Positions 1 to 9,567 of a DNA stretch of 64,000 bases are shown here, in pieces. Where the stretch lies: the sequence record SRR22947727_261, one strand, 5' to 3'. Position numbers and translations under genes: made by a program. Position 1 is the first letter of the stretch; every line of letters begins with the position of its first letter. The notes below the pieces were generated by a model, which ran no database searches, had not been told where the DNA came from, and saw only the letters and a program-made list of their open reading frames with translations.

Positions 1-2
1 AC

Positions 3-698
3 ACTACTGAAAATCTATTTATAGAGAATGGTTATCTAAAAATTCAACCAATATATGACAACAATGATCCCTTTATTGACCCATATAATGGGACAACTCA
101 ATTTCAACATACTTCAGCAAGATTAATAACATCTGGTAAAAAAAATTTTCAACACCCGTCAAAACTAACAGTATGTTTTAAAGTTCCAGATGGCACAGGC
201 TTTTGGCCAGCTATATGGATGCTCCCTCAAGGCTTTATTGAGAATAATAAAGTTTGGCCAGATGATGGTGAAATAGATCTTATGGAAGCAAGGGGCAGAT
301 TATCACAGGTAATAGGCTCCGCTATTCACTTTAAAGCAAACTGGGGCTCACATTCATTTCTCTCAACAGAGGCCCATGTAGATATGGCAAATAATTTTCA
401 GGATGTATTTCATTCAGTCACTTTTGAATGGAGAGAAAATTCTATAAAAATGTTTCTTGATGATTCAAATGAGCCTTTTTATGAAGAGAGTTCTGAATCA
501 AGCCCGCTGGTAGGAACTTATTATCCCTTCAATGAACCCTTTTATTTACTATTAAATGTTGCCTCTGGTGGTAATTTTGATAGTGCGCATGAAACAAATA
601 CAGAAATGTTTTGCCATAATAAAGATTGTTCAAACCTATCTATACCTGATAAAGGCAGATTTTTAATTGATTACATAGAGTATAAATCTATCGACTAG
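3..698 (+). CDS. GH16 beta-1,3-glucanase/laminarinase-like protein, 5'-truncated by window edge
   Basis: Frame is open from base 3 (TTENLFIENGYLKI...TSARLIT...GFWPAIWML). Catalytic EIDLME motif, PFNEPFYLLLNVASGG and terminal IDYI are typical of GH16. Confidence 0.9.
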   Translation, partial: TTENLFIENGYLKIQPIYDNNDPFIDPYNGTTQFQHTSARLITSGKKNFQHPSKLTVCFKVPDGTGFWPAIWMLPQGFIENNKVWPDDGEIDLMEARGRLSQVIGSAIHFKANWGSHSFLSTEAHVDMANNFQDVFHSVTFEWRENSIKMFLDDSNEPFYEESSESSPLVGTYYPFNEPFYLLLNVASGGNFDSAHETNTEMFCHNKDCSNLSIPDKGRFLIDYIEYKSID

Positions 699-1290
699 TA
701 TTTCGTTTCTTTAGCTCTAGCATTACGTCGTTAACAGACAAGCCTTGAGATTTTAATAGTACTAATAAATGGAAAAATAGATCAGCTGACTCTTCAACCA
801 ATCTACCATCGTCAGTTACAGCTGCAATCGCAGTCTCTCCTGCTTCTTCAGCTACTTTTTTTGATATTTCCTTAACTCCTTTATTTAAAAGAGATTTGAT
901 ATATGAATCTGAATTATTATCTTCCATTCTTCTGTCAACAATCTTTTCTAAGACATCTATCATATGAAGTGGGTTCCTAGTTTCATTTTCAAAACATGAA
1001 TAATTTTCTTTATGACATGTTGGTCCTAGAGGAGTTGCTTTAATTAATAAAGTGTCATTATCACAATCTAATTCAATTGATTTAACTACTAGTTTATTGC
1101 CAGAAGTTTCTCCTTTTGTCCAAAGTTTTTGTTTAGATCTGCTATAAAAAGTAACTTCATTTGTTTTGATTGTTATTTCAAGAGATTTACTGTTCATATA
1201 ACCAATCATCAAAACATTCATTGAGGAATCATCTTGAATCACTGCTGGTGTAAGACCTTTGCTATCCCACTTAACATTATTTATTTCCAT
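688..1290 (-). CDS. hisIE: bifunctional phosphoribosyl-AMP cyclohydrolase / phosphoribosyl-ATP pyrophosphatase
   Basis: YSRSKQKLWTKGETSGN, DCDNDTLL, GPTCH; C-terminal KVAEEAGE and ESADLFFH. Confidence 0.97.
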   Translation of the reverse strand: MEINNVKWDSKGLTPAVIQDDSSMNVLMIGYMNSKSLEITIKTNEVTFYSRSKQKLWTKGETSGNKLVVKSIELDCDNDTLLIKATPLGPTCHKENYSCFENETRNPLHMIDVLEKIVDRRMEDNNSDSYIKSLLNKGVKEISKKVAEEAGETAIAAVTDDGRLVEESADLFFHLLVLLKSQGLSVNDVMLELKKRNTSR

Positions 1291-1292
1291 AC

Positions 1293-2060
1293 TTATTTCC
1301 TGATATTAATTAACTCTTTTTTTAGATATTTTTTTAAGTCGTTGATATTTATTAGATTTTTATGAAACACACTTGCAGCTAATGCTCCACTAGAATCAGT
1401 TTTTCTGAAAACATCACTAAAGTGAATCTCATTGCCAGCTCCTCCAGATGCTATTAATGGAACGTCACAATTAACTAACATTATATTTAGCTGATCAATA
1501 TCATATCCATTTCTAACTCCGTCCTGATTCATACAATTCAATACAATTTCACCTGCCCCTAGTTCTTGAACAGTATCTATCCAATTTTTTGTTTCTAACT
1601 TTGTATTTGTTATGGTTTTTTCATCACCAGTGTGAGAAAAAACAATATATTTATCACCAACAGTCTTTGAATCTATTCCAACTACTACACATTGACTACC
1701 AAATTCATCAGCAAGTTCTTTAATAAGCTCAGGTCTTTTAATAGCTGGGCTGTTAATTGATATTTTATCTGCTCCTGAATTTAAAATTTCCCTTGCATCA
1801 TTTACAGTTTTTATACCGCCAGCAACACAGAAAGGTATATTTATAACTTCAGCAATTAAATTTACCCACTGTTTTGAAACAATTCCGTTATAGGTACTAG
1901 CACCAATATCATAAAAAACTAATTCGTCTGCTCCTTCATTGCTATATTTTTGAGCTAAATCTAGAATCGATCCAACAATTTCATGATCTTTAAATTGTAC
2001 TCCCTTTACAACTAAACCATTCTTAACGTCAAGACATGGAATAATTCTTTTAGTTAACAT
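1293..2060 (-). CDS. hisF: imidazole glycerol phosphate synthase, cyclase subunit
   Basis: [39 protein letters not shown]. Confidence 0.98.
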   Translation of the reverse strand: MLTKRIIPCLDVKNGLVVKGVQFKDHEIVGSILDLAQKYSNEGADELVFYDIGASTYNGIVSKQWVNLIAEVINIPFCVAGGIKTVNDAREILNSGADKISINSPAIKRPELIKELADEFGSQCVVVGIDSKTVGDKYIVFSHTGDEKTITNTKLETKNWIDTVQELGAGEIVLNCMNQDGVRNGYDIDQLNIMLVNCDVPLIASGGAGNEIHFSDVFRKTDSSGALAASVFHKNLININDLKKYLKKELINIRK

Positions 2061-2769
2061 TTTGAAGTTCTTTTAGTGAGATTTTATTTTCATAAATTGC
2101 TTTGCCTACAACACATTCATGACTATCAATTAGATTAAGTTTATTTATATCCTCAATAGAACCAATTCCTCCCGAGGCTATTAAATTAAGATTTTTATTT
2201 TTTAAGATTTGTTTATAAATATTAATATTTGGTCCTTCAAGAGTTCCATCTAAGGAAATGTCAGTTGCTAAAATATTTTTAATCCAATTGTTTTCCTCTA
2301 CGTAATCAAACAAATTGATATTTGTATTTTCTGTCCATCCATGAATTGAAAGTAGGGGAGAGTTATTAATAATTTTAAAATCTAATCCATAAATTATTTT
2401 TTCTATTGCAAAATTATTTCTAAGCTCTTTTTGAAAAATTTTATCTGTAATAGCTGCTGTGCCAACAATTACTCTATCAACGTTATAAGAAAATAGTCTT
2501 TCAATTTTTTTACTATCTCTTATTCCACCACCTACCTGAAGTTTAATATTTTTAATTTGTGAAATTTCTTCAATTAATAATAGATTTTCATCACCACCTG
2601 ACTTAGCGGCGTTTAGATCAATAATATGAATATAGTCAAAGCCAGCTTTTTTAAATTCATTGATTTGATCAAGAGGATTATTATTATAATTTGATATCTT
2701 TGAGTAATCGCCCTTAAGCAATCTGACACATTTACCATCTAATAGATCTATAGCAGGCATTATTTTCAT
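2050..2769 (-). CDS. hisA: ProFAR isomerase
   Basis: [44 protein letters not shown]. Confidence 0.97.
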   Translation of the reverse strand: MKIMPAIDLLDGKCVRLLKGDYSKISNYNNNPLDQINEFKKAGFDYIHIIDLNAAKSGGDENLLLIEEISQIKNIKLQVGGGIRDSKKIERLFSYNVDRVIVGTAAITDKIFQKELRNNFAIEKIIYGLDFKIINNSPLLSIHGWTENTNINLFDYVEENNWIKNILATDISLDGTLEGPNINIYKQILKNKNLNLIASGGIGSIEDINKLNLIDSHECVVGKAIYENKISLKELQNVN

Positions 2770-3338
2770 ACTAAATTAATAAAATTTTTGATAAATTTTT
2801 CACCAATATCTGATGATTTTTCTGGATGAAACTGACACCCTAAAAAATTATCTTTTTTAACAATAGAATTAATTTTTTTTCCGTAATAACTATGACCAAC
2901 AGCATAGTCATCATTATCTGTGTAATAACTATTTGCAAAATAATAATAGCCACCAATATTATCTACATTTGTTATCACCATGTTCCACCCCATTTGAGGA
3001 ACTTTAATATCTTTATTTGGTTTTAATTTTTTAACAACTCCTTCAATTATTCCAAGACAATTGGTGTCGTCTTCTTCTGAATAATCAAACAATATTTGCA
3101 TTCCAATACATATACCAAGTGTTGGTTTAGTCGTTTCTTGTATTAAATTGATTAGATTATTTTCTTTTAATTTATTCATAACAACCCCTGCTGTACCGAC
3201 TCCAGGTAAGATCAAAGCGTCCATTTTCTCAAGCTCAGATAAAGAGTTGCTTATATATGACTTAATATTTATTCTTTTAAATGAATAATATATTGAATTT
3301 AGATTCGCTCCACCACAGTCAATAATGCCAATCTTCAT
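2766..3338 (-). CDS. hisH: IGP synthase glutamine amidotransferase subunit
   Basis: LPGVG, GICIGMQ, VPQMGWN, QFHPEKS. Confidence 0.97.
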   Translation of the reverse strand: MKIGIIDCGGANLNSIYYSFKRINIKSYISNSLSELEKMDALILPGVGTAGVVMNKLKENNLINLIQETTKPTLGICIGMQILFDYSEEDDTNCLGIIEGVVKKLKPNKDIKVPQMGWNMVITNVDNIGGYYYFANSYYTDNDDYAVGHSYYGKKINSIVKKDNFLGCQFHPEKSSDIGEKFIKNFINLV

Positions 3339-5209
3339 AAGACACCTTTTGTTGAAGCAATATTCTTGTTGTTTTCTTTAAGTGCATCGCTTAGCGCACG
3401 TGTAAAACTTTTAAACGTAGCTTCTACAATGTGATGACTGTTTGACCCTTTTGTATCTATATGACAAGTAAAACTTAAAGTATTTACAAATGATATGAAG
3501 AAGTGTTCAAACATCTCTGTTGGGAAATCGCCTACATATTCTCTTAGCTTAGATGTTTTCATTTTTAATAGATTTCTAGATGCCATATCTATACTTACAT
3601 TAGAAATAGTCTCATCCATAACTAATGATTGGTTTGATGAATATCTTTCAATATTTTGTCTATCACCCAATGCTTGTTTAAAAGCATCGCCAAGAGCAAT
3701 AGCAACATCTTCAATTGTATGATGTTCATCAATTTCAAGATCTCCTATAGAGTTAATTGTGATATCAAATCGCCCATGTTTAGCAAATTGCTCTAACATG
3801 TGATCAAAATATTTAAGACCGGTATTAATATTATAATTACCAGTACCATCAATATTCAGATTAATGAAAATACTTGTTTCGTTTGTGGCTCTTTTAATAA
3901 AAGATGTTCTTGGTTTTACGATATTATCCTGTTCAGCATATTTCTCTCTAATACTTACTGCTTTAGCATGCGCATCTAAACATTCAGCCTTAGCAAGAAT
4001 TTTTATTGTTGGAGCTAAATTTACAAAACCTTCTGGAGATGCAGTTTGAAATGTAATAATTTTTCCGAAATCTTTCACCGATAGACCAGAATAAGTTTTT
4101 GCTGATCTTGCTGTTGGAAGAGTGTGGTTTGAACCAGATGCATAATCACCAAATGATTCTGGAGAATATTTACCACAAAAAACTGAACCAGCATTATTAA
4201 TATATGGAACAATTTTTGAAAAATCTTCATCTAAAAGAATTAAATGTTCAGGAGCATTAATATTTATAAAATCAATAATTTGTTGATCGTTAGCTGCGTT
4301 AACTAAATAAATATTTTTTTGACTTGATTTTAAAATATTTTGTCGATTCAATGAATTTTTTTGCAAATCAATTTCTTTAGAAATATTTTTAATTAAAGAT
4401 TTATTTTTTGAAACAAGAACAGCTTTTGCATCCTTACTATGCTCAAGTTGTGATAATAAATCTGAAGCTATTATATCTGTCTTGTTTTCATCATCTGAAA
4501 CAACATAAACTTCGCTTGGACCTGCCGGCATATCAATTGAAACCTCATTACTTACTAACATTTTTGCCAGTGTTACATACTGATTGCCTGGACCAAATAT
4601 TTTTAAACATTTAGGAATTGATTTTGTTCCATAAGTCATAGCAAATATAGCTTGCGAGCCACCAACTTTAAAAATATTCTTTACATTTAGTAAATTTGCT
4701 ACCCATAATATTGTTGGATCAATCTTTCCATTCTTATCAGGAGGAGTGCAAACAATAATATCTTTACAACCAGCAATAATTGCTGGAATTGCTTGCATCA
4801 AAAAAGAGCTAAAAAGTGGAGCTGTTCCACCAGGTACATAAAGACCTACAACATCAATGGGTCTAAACTCAGACCATAATTTAATTCCTTTTGTTGTTTC
4901 AATGCTTTTAATTGAAAGACCTTCAAGTTGTTTTTCATGATATTTTTTAATATTTGAGTAAGCAACTAATATCGCATTTTTAATATCATCATCAAGCAAT
5001 TTATCAGCTTTCTTAAACTCAGAATTACTAACTTTGAAATTTTTAAGCGGTCTTTCATTTAATAACATAGATATTTCTCTAATACCGTCATCACCGTTAT
5101 CAAGAATTAATGATTTAAACTTTTTTACAGTATTGATATCTTTTATAGGCATTTTAGATTCTTGAAAATCTAATGTAGGAATATTTTTTGTTAGTTTTAT
5201 ATATTTCAT
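3335..5209 (-). CDS. hisD-hisB: fusion of histidinol dehydrogenase (N-terminal) and imidazoleglycerol-phosphate dehydratase (C-terminal)
   Basis: HisD motifs YVPGG, GPGNQYV, DMPAGPSE, SQLEH, APEHL, GDYASGSNHTLPT, LDAHAKAV. After a short linker come IGPD motifs RATNET, FDHML, DEHHTIED, MDE, NSHHIVEA, STKGVL. One uninterrupted 624-aa ORF. Confidence 0.93.
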   Translation of the reverse strand: MKYIKLTKNIPTLDFQESKMPIKDINTVKKFKSLILDNGDDGIREISMLLNERPLKNFKVSNSEFKKADKLLDDDIKNAILVAYSNIKKYHEKQLEGLSIKSIETTKGIKLWSEFRPIDVVGLYVPGGTAPLFSSFLMQAIPAIIAGCKDIIVCTPPDKNGKIDPTILWVANLLNVKNIFKVGGSQAIFAMTYGTKSIPKCLKIFGPGNQYVTLAKMLVSNEVSIDMPAGPSEVYVVSDDENKTDIIASDLLSQLEHSKDAKAVLVSKNKSLIKNISKEIDLQKNSLNRQNILKSSQKNIYLVNAANDQQIIDFININAPEHLILLDEDFSKIVPYINNAGSVFCGKYSPESFGDYASGSNHTLPTARSAKTYSGLSVKDFGKIITFQTASPEGFVNLAPTIKILAKAECLDAHAKAVSIREKYAEQDNIVKPRTSFIKRATNETSIFINLNIDGTGNYNINTGLKYFDHMLEQFAKHGRFDITINSIGDLEIDEHHTIEDVAIALGDAFKQALGDRQNIERYSSNQSLVMDETISNVSIDMASRNLLKMKTSKLREYVGDFPTEMFEHFFISFVNTLSFTCHIDTKGSNSHHIVEATFKSFTRALSDALKENNKNIASTKGVL

Positions 5210-5210
5210 T

Positions 5211-6074
5211 TTAGTTTAATATTTTTTCTACAGGCATTACCAAAATAGAAGATGCTCCTTTTGCTTTAAGTTTTTCCATAGTTTCCCAAAAAATAGGTTC
5301 TTGACATAAAGCGTGAATTGCTACTTTTTTACTATCTTCCAAAGGAATTATTGTTGGTGATTCAGATCCAGGAAGTAGTTTGCATATTTCTTTAACTTTT
5401 GATGCATCAACATTCAACATCACATATTTACTTTCAATTGCATTAACCACACCTTGCATTCTGCTTATCACTTTATCTGCTATTTTTTCTTTGTTTATAC
5501 TTAAATTTTTGTTTTTTATTAAAACTGCCTGAGATTGAAGAATAACTTCGATTTCTTTTAAATTATTCGCTTCTAAAGTTGCTCCTGATGAAACTAAATC
5601 ACAGATTATGTCTGACATACCTATATAGGGTGTCAGTTCTACAGAGCCATGTATATTTATAACAGAGGCATTTATATTATTATCTTTAAGATATTTTTTA
5701 ACAGTATTTGGATATGATGTAGCGATTTTCATATTGTTAAAGTTCTTAATTTTATTATTTTTTGGCCCTGCAAATGACAATCTACATTTAGAAAACCCTA
5801 AATCTATAATTTTTTTTATATAAGTTTTTTTGAAGAGAGATTTTTCAATTAATACATTCTCTCCTACTATAGCCAAATCAGCATCTCCATTTGATACCAG
5901 TGAAGGAATGTCATCGCTTCTAACAAATAGAATATCTATTGGCAAATTATTAGATTTAGCTAAAAGATTATCTCCTTTAGTAGAAAAATTTATACCTGAT
6001 TTTTTTATTAAGTCTGTGCTTTGATCGAACAATCTACCTTTCTTTTGTATAGCTATAGTTAAACGATTTTTCAT
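5211..6074 (-). CDS. hisG: ATP phosphoribosyltransferase, long form
   Basis: IAIQKKGRL, VRSDDIP, IATSYP, GSVE, DLVSSGATL, plus C-terminal regulatory domain. Confidence 0.97.
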   Translation of the reverse strand: MKNRLTIAIQKKGRLFDQSTDLIKKSGINFSTKGDNLLAKSNNLPIDILFVRSDDIPSLVSNGDADLAIVGENVLIEKSLFKKTYIKKIIDLGFSKCRLSFAGPKNNKIKNFNNMKIATSYPNTVKKYLKDNNINASVINIHGSVELTPYIGMSDIICDLVSSGATLEANNLKEIEVILQSQAVLIKNKNLSINKEKIADKVISRMQGVVNAIESKYVMLNVDASKVKEICKLLPGSESPTIIPLEDSKKVAIHALCQEPIFWETMEKLKAKGASSILVMPVEKILN

Positions 6075-6337
6075 TTTTCAATCCTTTTAAGAATTTTTTT
6101 ATATCCTTGATATGGTTCGCTTGATAGAAAACGAGCAACCCTGGTTACGGTAGTTGTGCTTGTTTTTAATTTTGCTGCTATTTCTCTATAAGATAATTTA
6201 TCTTTAAATAGAAGTTGAGCAACCGCCCATCTTTCTTCAAGTGCTCTTAATTCAGAGGGCGTACACAGATCTTTCAGAAATTCTTCAACCTCTTTTTTAT
6301 TTTTCAATAATAAAATTGCTTCATTTAGATTTTTCAT
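6071..6337 (-). CDS. TrpR-like (YerC/YecD, HisR-type) transcriptional regulator
   Basis: FLKDLCTPSEL..L.ERW.VA..L, SYREIA..L.TSTTTVTRVARFL...YQGY. First gene of the his operon, overlapping hisG. Confidence 0.9.
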   Translation of the reverse strand: MKNLNEAILLLKNKKEVEEFLKDLCTPSELRALEERWAVAQLLFKDKLSYREIAAKLKTSTTTVTRVARFLSSEPYQGYKKILKRIEK

Positions 6338-6344
6338 GCGTGCT

Positions 6345-6373
6345 AGTGTATTACTATGCTAATACAAAGTAAA
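6345..6373 (-). promoter_or_regulatory. sigma70-like promoter of the his operon overlapped by a palindromic operator
   Basis: Minus strand TTTACT (6368-6373), 17-bp spacer, TACACT (6345-6350), 7 nt before the ATG. Perfect inverted repeat TGTATTA-N6-TAATACA at 6347-6366. Confidence 0.7.
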
Positions 6374-6375
6374 GT

Positions 6376-6403
6376 AAAAAAAGGCACTTAAAAAGTGCCT
6401 TTT
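6376..6403. terminator. Rho-independent terminator, U-tail on minus strand, downstream of 6421-6849
   Basis: aaaaaaaGGCACTT-aaa-AAGTGCCtttt. Confidence 0.8.
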
Positions 6404-6420
6404 ATGTCTAATGTTATAGA

Positions 6421-6849
6421 TTATTTAGAACTATTAACCCATAGAGGTAAAATAGCTATTAAAAGACCGCCTACAGAGACTGCCCAAAAACCGAACATTG
6501 CAATGGGATTACCTTGATTAATACTTTGTATAAATGCTTGCGAGCCTGGTCCTATATCAATATTACCATTGGCAGCATCTAAAGCGCTTAAAGCTTCTGC
6601 ATGTCCAGCAAATGTATTACCTACAACATTGCCTAAATTCAACCACATTGCAAAAACACCTAATGCAAATACTGAGACAATTACTTTTGCTAATGTATTT
6701 ACATTTTTGTCAACCGAAACACTAGAAAATCTTGCAGCAACCCATATTGCAATGATTCCAGATAAAAAAGCTGTAGTATTAGCACCTCTGGTTGATTGAA
6801 ATAATTCCCATAATGCTATTTCCGTAGTAACACTTGTTATAATATCCAT
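6421..6849 (-). CDS. hypothetical membrane protein with ~3 TM helices, paralog of 34849-35226
   Basis: Strong SD (AGGAGAGG), hydrophobic segments, own terminator. Confidence 0.75.
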   Translation of the reverse strand: MDIITSVTTEIALWELFQSTRGANTTAFLSGIIAIWVAARFSSVSVDKNVNTLAKVIVSVFALGVFAMWLNLGNVVGNTFAGHAEALSALDAANGNIDIGPGSQAFIQSINQGNPIAMFGFWAVSVGGLLIAILPLWVNSSK

Positions 6850-6941
6850 AATTCCTCTCCTATTAAAAAATAATTAAAAAACTATTAATACATAGATTTA
6901 GTGATATTAAGAAAAAATTAATATATAAAATTTAAATATAT

Positions 6942-7952
6942 TTACTGTTTTGATAGTAATGAAACTATCTCTAAGTGTTCTGTATTTGGAAATTGATCAA
7001 ATATTTCTATATTTTTTAAAGAAAATTCTTTTAGTTTATTTATATCTCTTACGTATGTCTCGTAATCACAAGAAACATAAATAATGTTTTTAAATTTTTT
7101 AATAATATCTATTACTTCATCATTTAGCCCAGATCTTGGAGGATCAACTAGAACATGTGAAAAATTATATGTATTAATATTCATTTTATTCATTCGCCTA
7201 AAGATTCTTCCATTAAATGCTTCAGAAACTTCTTCTGATGAGAGTCTTGAGTATAAAATATTTTGAATATTTAATTCACTTATAGATCTAGCAAGACATT
7301 TAATTGATTGTCTATTGCTCTCTGTAGCAAAAACATTATTAAAGTATTTTGATAATGGCAAAGTAAAGGTTCCTGAGCCACAATATAATTCTAATAAATC
7401 ATCGGTTTTGTCAAGGAAGCTAATTGTTTTACTAATCATTTTTGGCAAAAGAAAATGATTTGGTTGATAGAAAGAATTATCTGTTTGGTAAAGGGTTATT
7501 CCAAATTCATCAATATAGTCAGCAAGCATATTATCGCCTGAAGAGTATATTTCATTTTTAGACCTAAGGTTTACATCAATTTTATATAATATTGAAATTT
7601 TATCTGCTTCAAGTTTAATTTTTTCGCATAATTTTTTATGATAAATCAATGTAACTAAAATATGATTTTGTCTATTTGATCTAAAATTTATTTGGAATAA
7701 ACGCTTTTTTAATAACTCATTTGCATTTATTATTTTTAATAAATTTGGCATCAGTTCTTGTATACAAGGTCTTGCAATCTTGATTTTATCTAAATATACG
7801 ATTTCTTTATTTTTATCATACATTGTAAAAAAATTATTTTTATAACCTAACTCTACTCTTGATCTATAATCGTATGGAGGACTTAGATTAATTTTAATAT
7901 TATCTTTGTAATGATTGCTGATTAACGAAGTTGCTTTAATAAATTTATTCAT
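6942..7952 (-). CDS. trmA: tRNA/tmRNA (uracil-5-)-methyltransferase TrmA
   Basis: YRSRVE, SFYQPN, DLLELYCGSGTF, VDPPRSG, YVSC, FDQFPNTEHLE. Confidence 0.9.
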   Translation of the reverse strand: MNKFIKATSLISNHYKDNIKINLSPPYDYRSRVELGYKNNFFTMYDKNKEIVYLDKIKIARPCIQELMPNLLKIINANELLKKRLFQINFRSNRQNHILVTLIYHKKLCEKIKLEADKISILYKIDVNLRSKNEIYSSGDNMLADYIDEFGITLYQTDNSFYQPNHFLLPKMISKTISFLDKTDDLLELYCGSGTFTLPLSKYFNNVFATESNRQSIKCLARSISELNIQNILYSRLSSEEVSEAFNGRIFRRMNKMNINTYNFSHVLVDPPRSGLNDEVIDIIKKFKNIIYVSCDYETYVRDINKLKEFSLKNIEIFDQFPNTEHLEIVSLLSKQ

Positions 7953-8120
7953 CTAGTTGATAAAAAATCTTGTTATAACAAACACAAACCCTATAAATGT
8001 TATATTAAGAGTCAAAAATAAAGTAATTATTTTTAATATTGAAATTTTTTTTAGATCATTTTCTAGTTCTTCTTTATTGCGAATGCCTAGAAATGAATTT
8101 GTTAATCTTTTTAACCACAT
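7953..8120 (-). CDS. small membrane protein, DUF2970-like (not in ORF track)
   Basis: Read manually: MWLKRLTNSFLGIRNKEELENDLKKISILKIITLFLTLNITFIGFVFVITRFFIN (55 aa). SFLGI..D motif plus C-terminal TM helix. Its stop codon directly abuts the trmA ATG. Confidence 0.7.
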   Translation of the reverse strand: MWLKRLTNSFLGIRNKEELENDLKKISILKIITLFLTLNITFIGFVFVITRFFIN

Positions 8121-8125
8121 AAATT

Positions 8126-8719
8126 ATGAGCAAAATTGTTAATATCACAGAATCAGCTGAAAAGTATTTAGCAAATCTTATCGAAGATAAGAATGAACCA
8201 AACCTTGCAGTTAGAATTTTTATCTCTGATCCAGGAACTCCTAAAGCTGAAACCTGCCTTGCATATTGTAAACCAGAAGAAGCAATGAAAGACGATGAGA
8301 TTTTAAAGCTCAACTCACTTATAGTGCATATTGAAAAAAGAAGCATTCCATTTTTAGTAGATGCGGAAGTTAATTATGATAATGATACTTTTGGTGGACA
8401 ACTAACAATAAAAGCACCAAATGCAAGGTTACCCAATATATCTCCTAATAGCCCTCCAGAAGATAGAATAAATTACGTTATATATAACGAGATAAATCCA
8501 ATGCTCGAATCTCACGGCGGCGAGGTTAGCCTGCTTGAGTTTACTGATAAAGGCGAAGCCATTCTTCAATTTGGTGGTGGTTGTCAAGGATGTGGAATGG
8601 TGGATGTAACACTTAAGGATGGTATTGAAAAAACTCTTTTAGAACAAATACCTGAATTAAAATCTGTTAAGGATAGCACCGATCATTCTATAGATGACAA
8701 CGCCTATTATAAAGGTTAA
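8126..8719 (+). CDS. nfuA: Fe/S biogenesis protein NfuA
   Basis: RIFISDPGTPKAETC, GGQLTIKAPNA, INPMLESHGG, FGGGCQGCGM, DSTDH. Confidence 0.96.
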   Translation: MSKIVNITESAEKYLANLIEDKNEPNLAVRIFISDPGTPKAETCLAYCKPEEAMKDDEILKLNSLIVHIEKRSIPFLVDAEVNYDNDTFGGQLTIKAPNARLPNISPNSPPEDRINYVIYNEINPMLESHGGEVSLLEFTDKGEAILQFGGGCQGCGMVDVTLKDGIEKTLLEQIPELKSVKDSTDHSIDDNAYYKG

Positions 8720-9567
8720 ATTTCTTTTACTGCTATAACTACCCCAAAGTAAGGGTGGTCAAAATAGTGAATTTCATTATTAAAAATTCTTTTATTTTGA
8801 TCAATAAATAATTTAATTTCTCCATTTATTGATTTTTGATTATTTTGAATCGGCATCTCTGAATTAATATCAATAAATTCATTAGCCTTATTTAGATTAA
8901 TTTTTATATTATTATTCGTATTATTATTATTTGGGGATTCTAATAATCTATTTTCATATTCTTTAATATGAAATTTCGTTATGTCGTTTGAAGATAAATT
9001 TATTGATCCTAAATAGGCTTTTAGATCGGTATGTAAAAAACGACTTCTATAAAGCTTTAAGAGAAATCCATATTGTTTTTCAATAACTTCATGATGTAAA
9101 TAAACTGCACTTTCTTTATCTTCAATATTTTGAACCCATGAAAAACTATCTAGCACTTCATAGTTATTATTTTTTAATAATTTTTTGTTTAATTTATTTA
9201 AAGTCTCAAGGTTATTATTTTTTCTATACCAAGATTTTGGATTAGATATTTTAGAAGAAACATCCTCTTTATTGATCATTATGTTTTTTATATTTAAGGG
9301 CTTTAAGCTGGTAAAAAGCTTATTAAAGAAATTTTCTTCAACTTTCACATCAAATGATTTTTTATTAATTTGAAGTTTTGGTTCATAGAAACTTAAAACA
9401 TCGTCATATGGAGTAATAAAATTATCATCAAATATTTCATCAGTTTCAACATTTAAATGTTTAAAAATTATTAATTCTATTTGGTATTCCTTAAGCTCTA
9501 AAGCTTCCTCCGTCATAACCAATGAAGACTGAATAATGATTATTAGAATTATTTTATAAAATCTCAT
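8716..9567 (-). CDS. CsiV-like periplasmic protein
   Basis: Signal peptide, YQIELIIF, LYRSRFLH, EIHYFDHPYFG. Directly downstream of mfd, as in other gammaproteobacteria. Confidence 0.75.
   Translation of the reverse strand: MRFYKIILIIIIQSSLVMTEEALELKEYQIELIIFKHLNVETDEIFDDNFITPYDDVLSFYEPKLQINKKSFDVKVEENFFNKLFTSLKPLNIKNIMINKEDVSSKISNPKSWYRKNNNLETLNKLNKKLLKNNNYEVLDSFSWVQNIEDKESAVYLHHEVIEKQYGFLLKLYRSRFLHTDLKAYLGSINLSSNDITKFHIKEYENRLLESPNNNNTNNNIKINLNKANEFIDINSEMPIQNNQKSINGEIKLFIDQNKRIFNNEIHYFDHPYFGVVIAVKEI

Noticed and set aside
7957-8346. ORF-track entries 7957..8142 (+) and 8074..8346 (-)
   Set aside because: Antisense shadows of the DUF2970-like gene and nfuA, with no recognisable motifs
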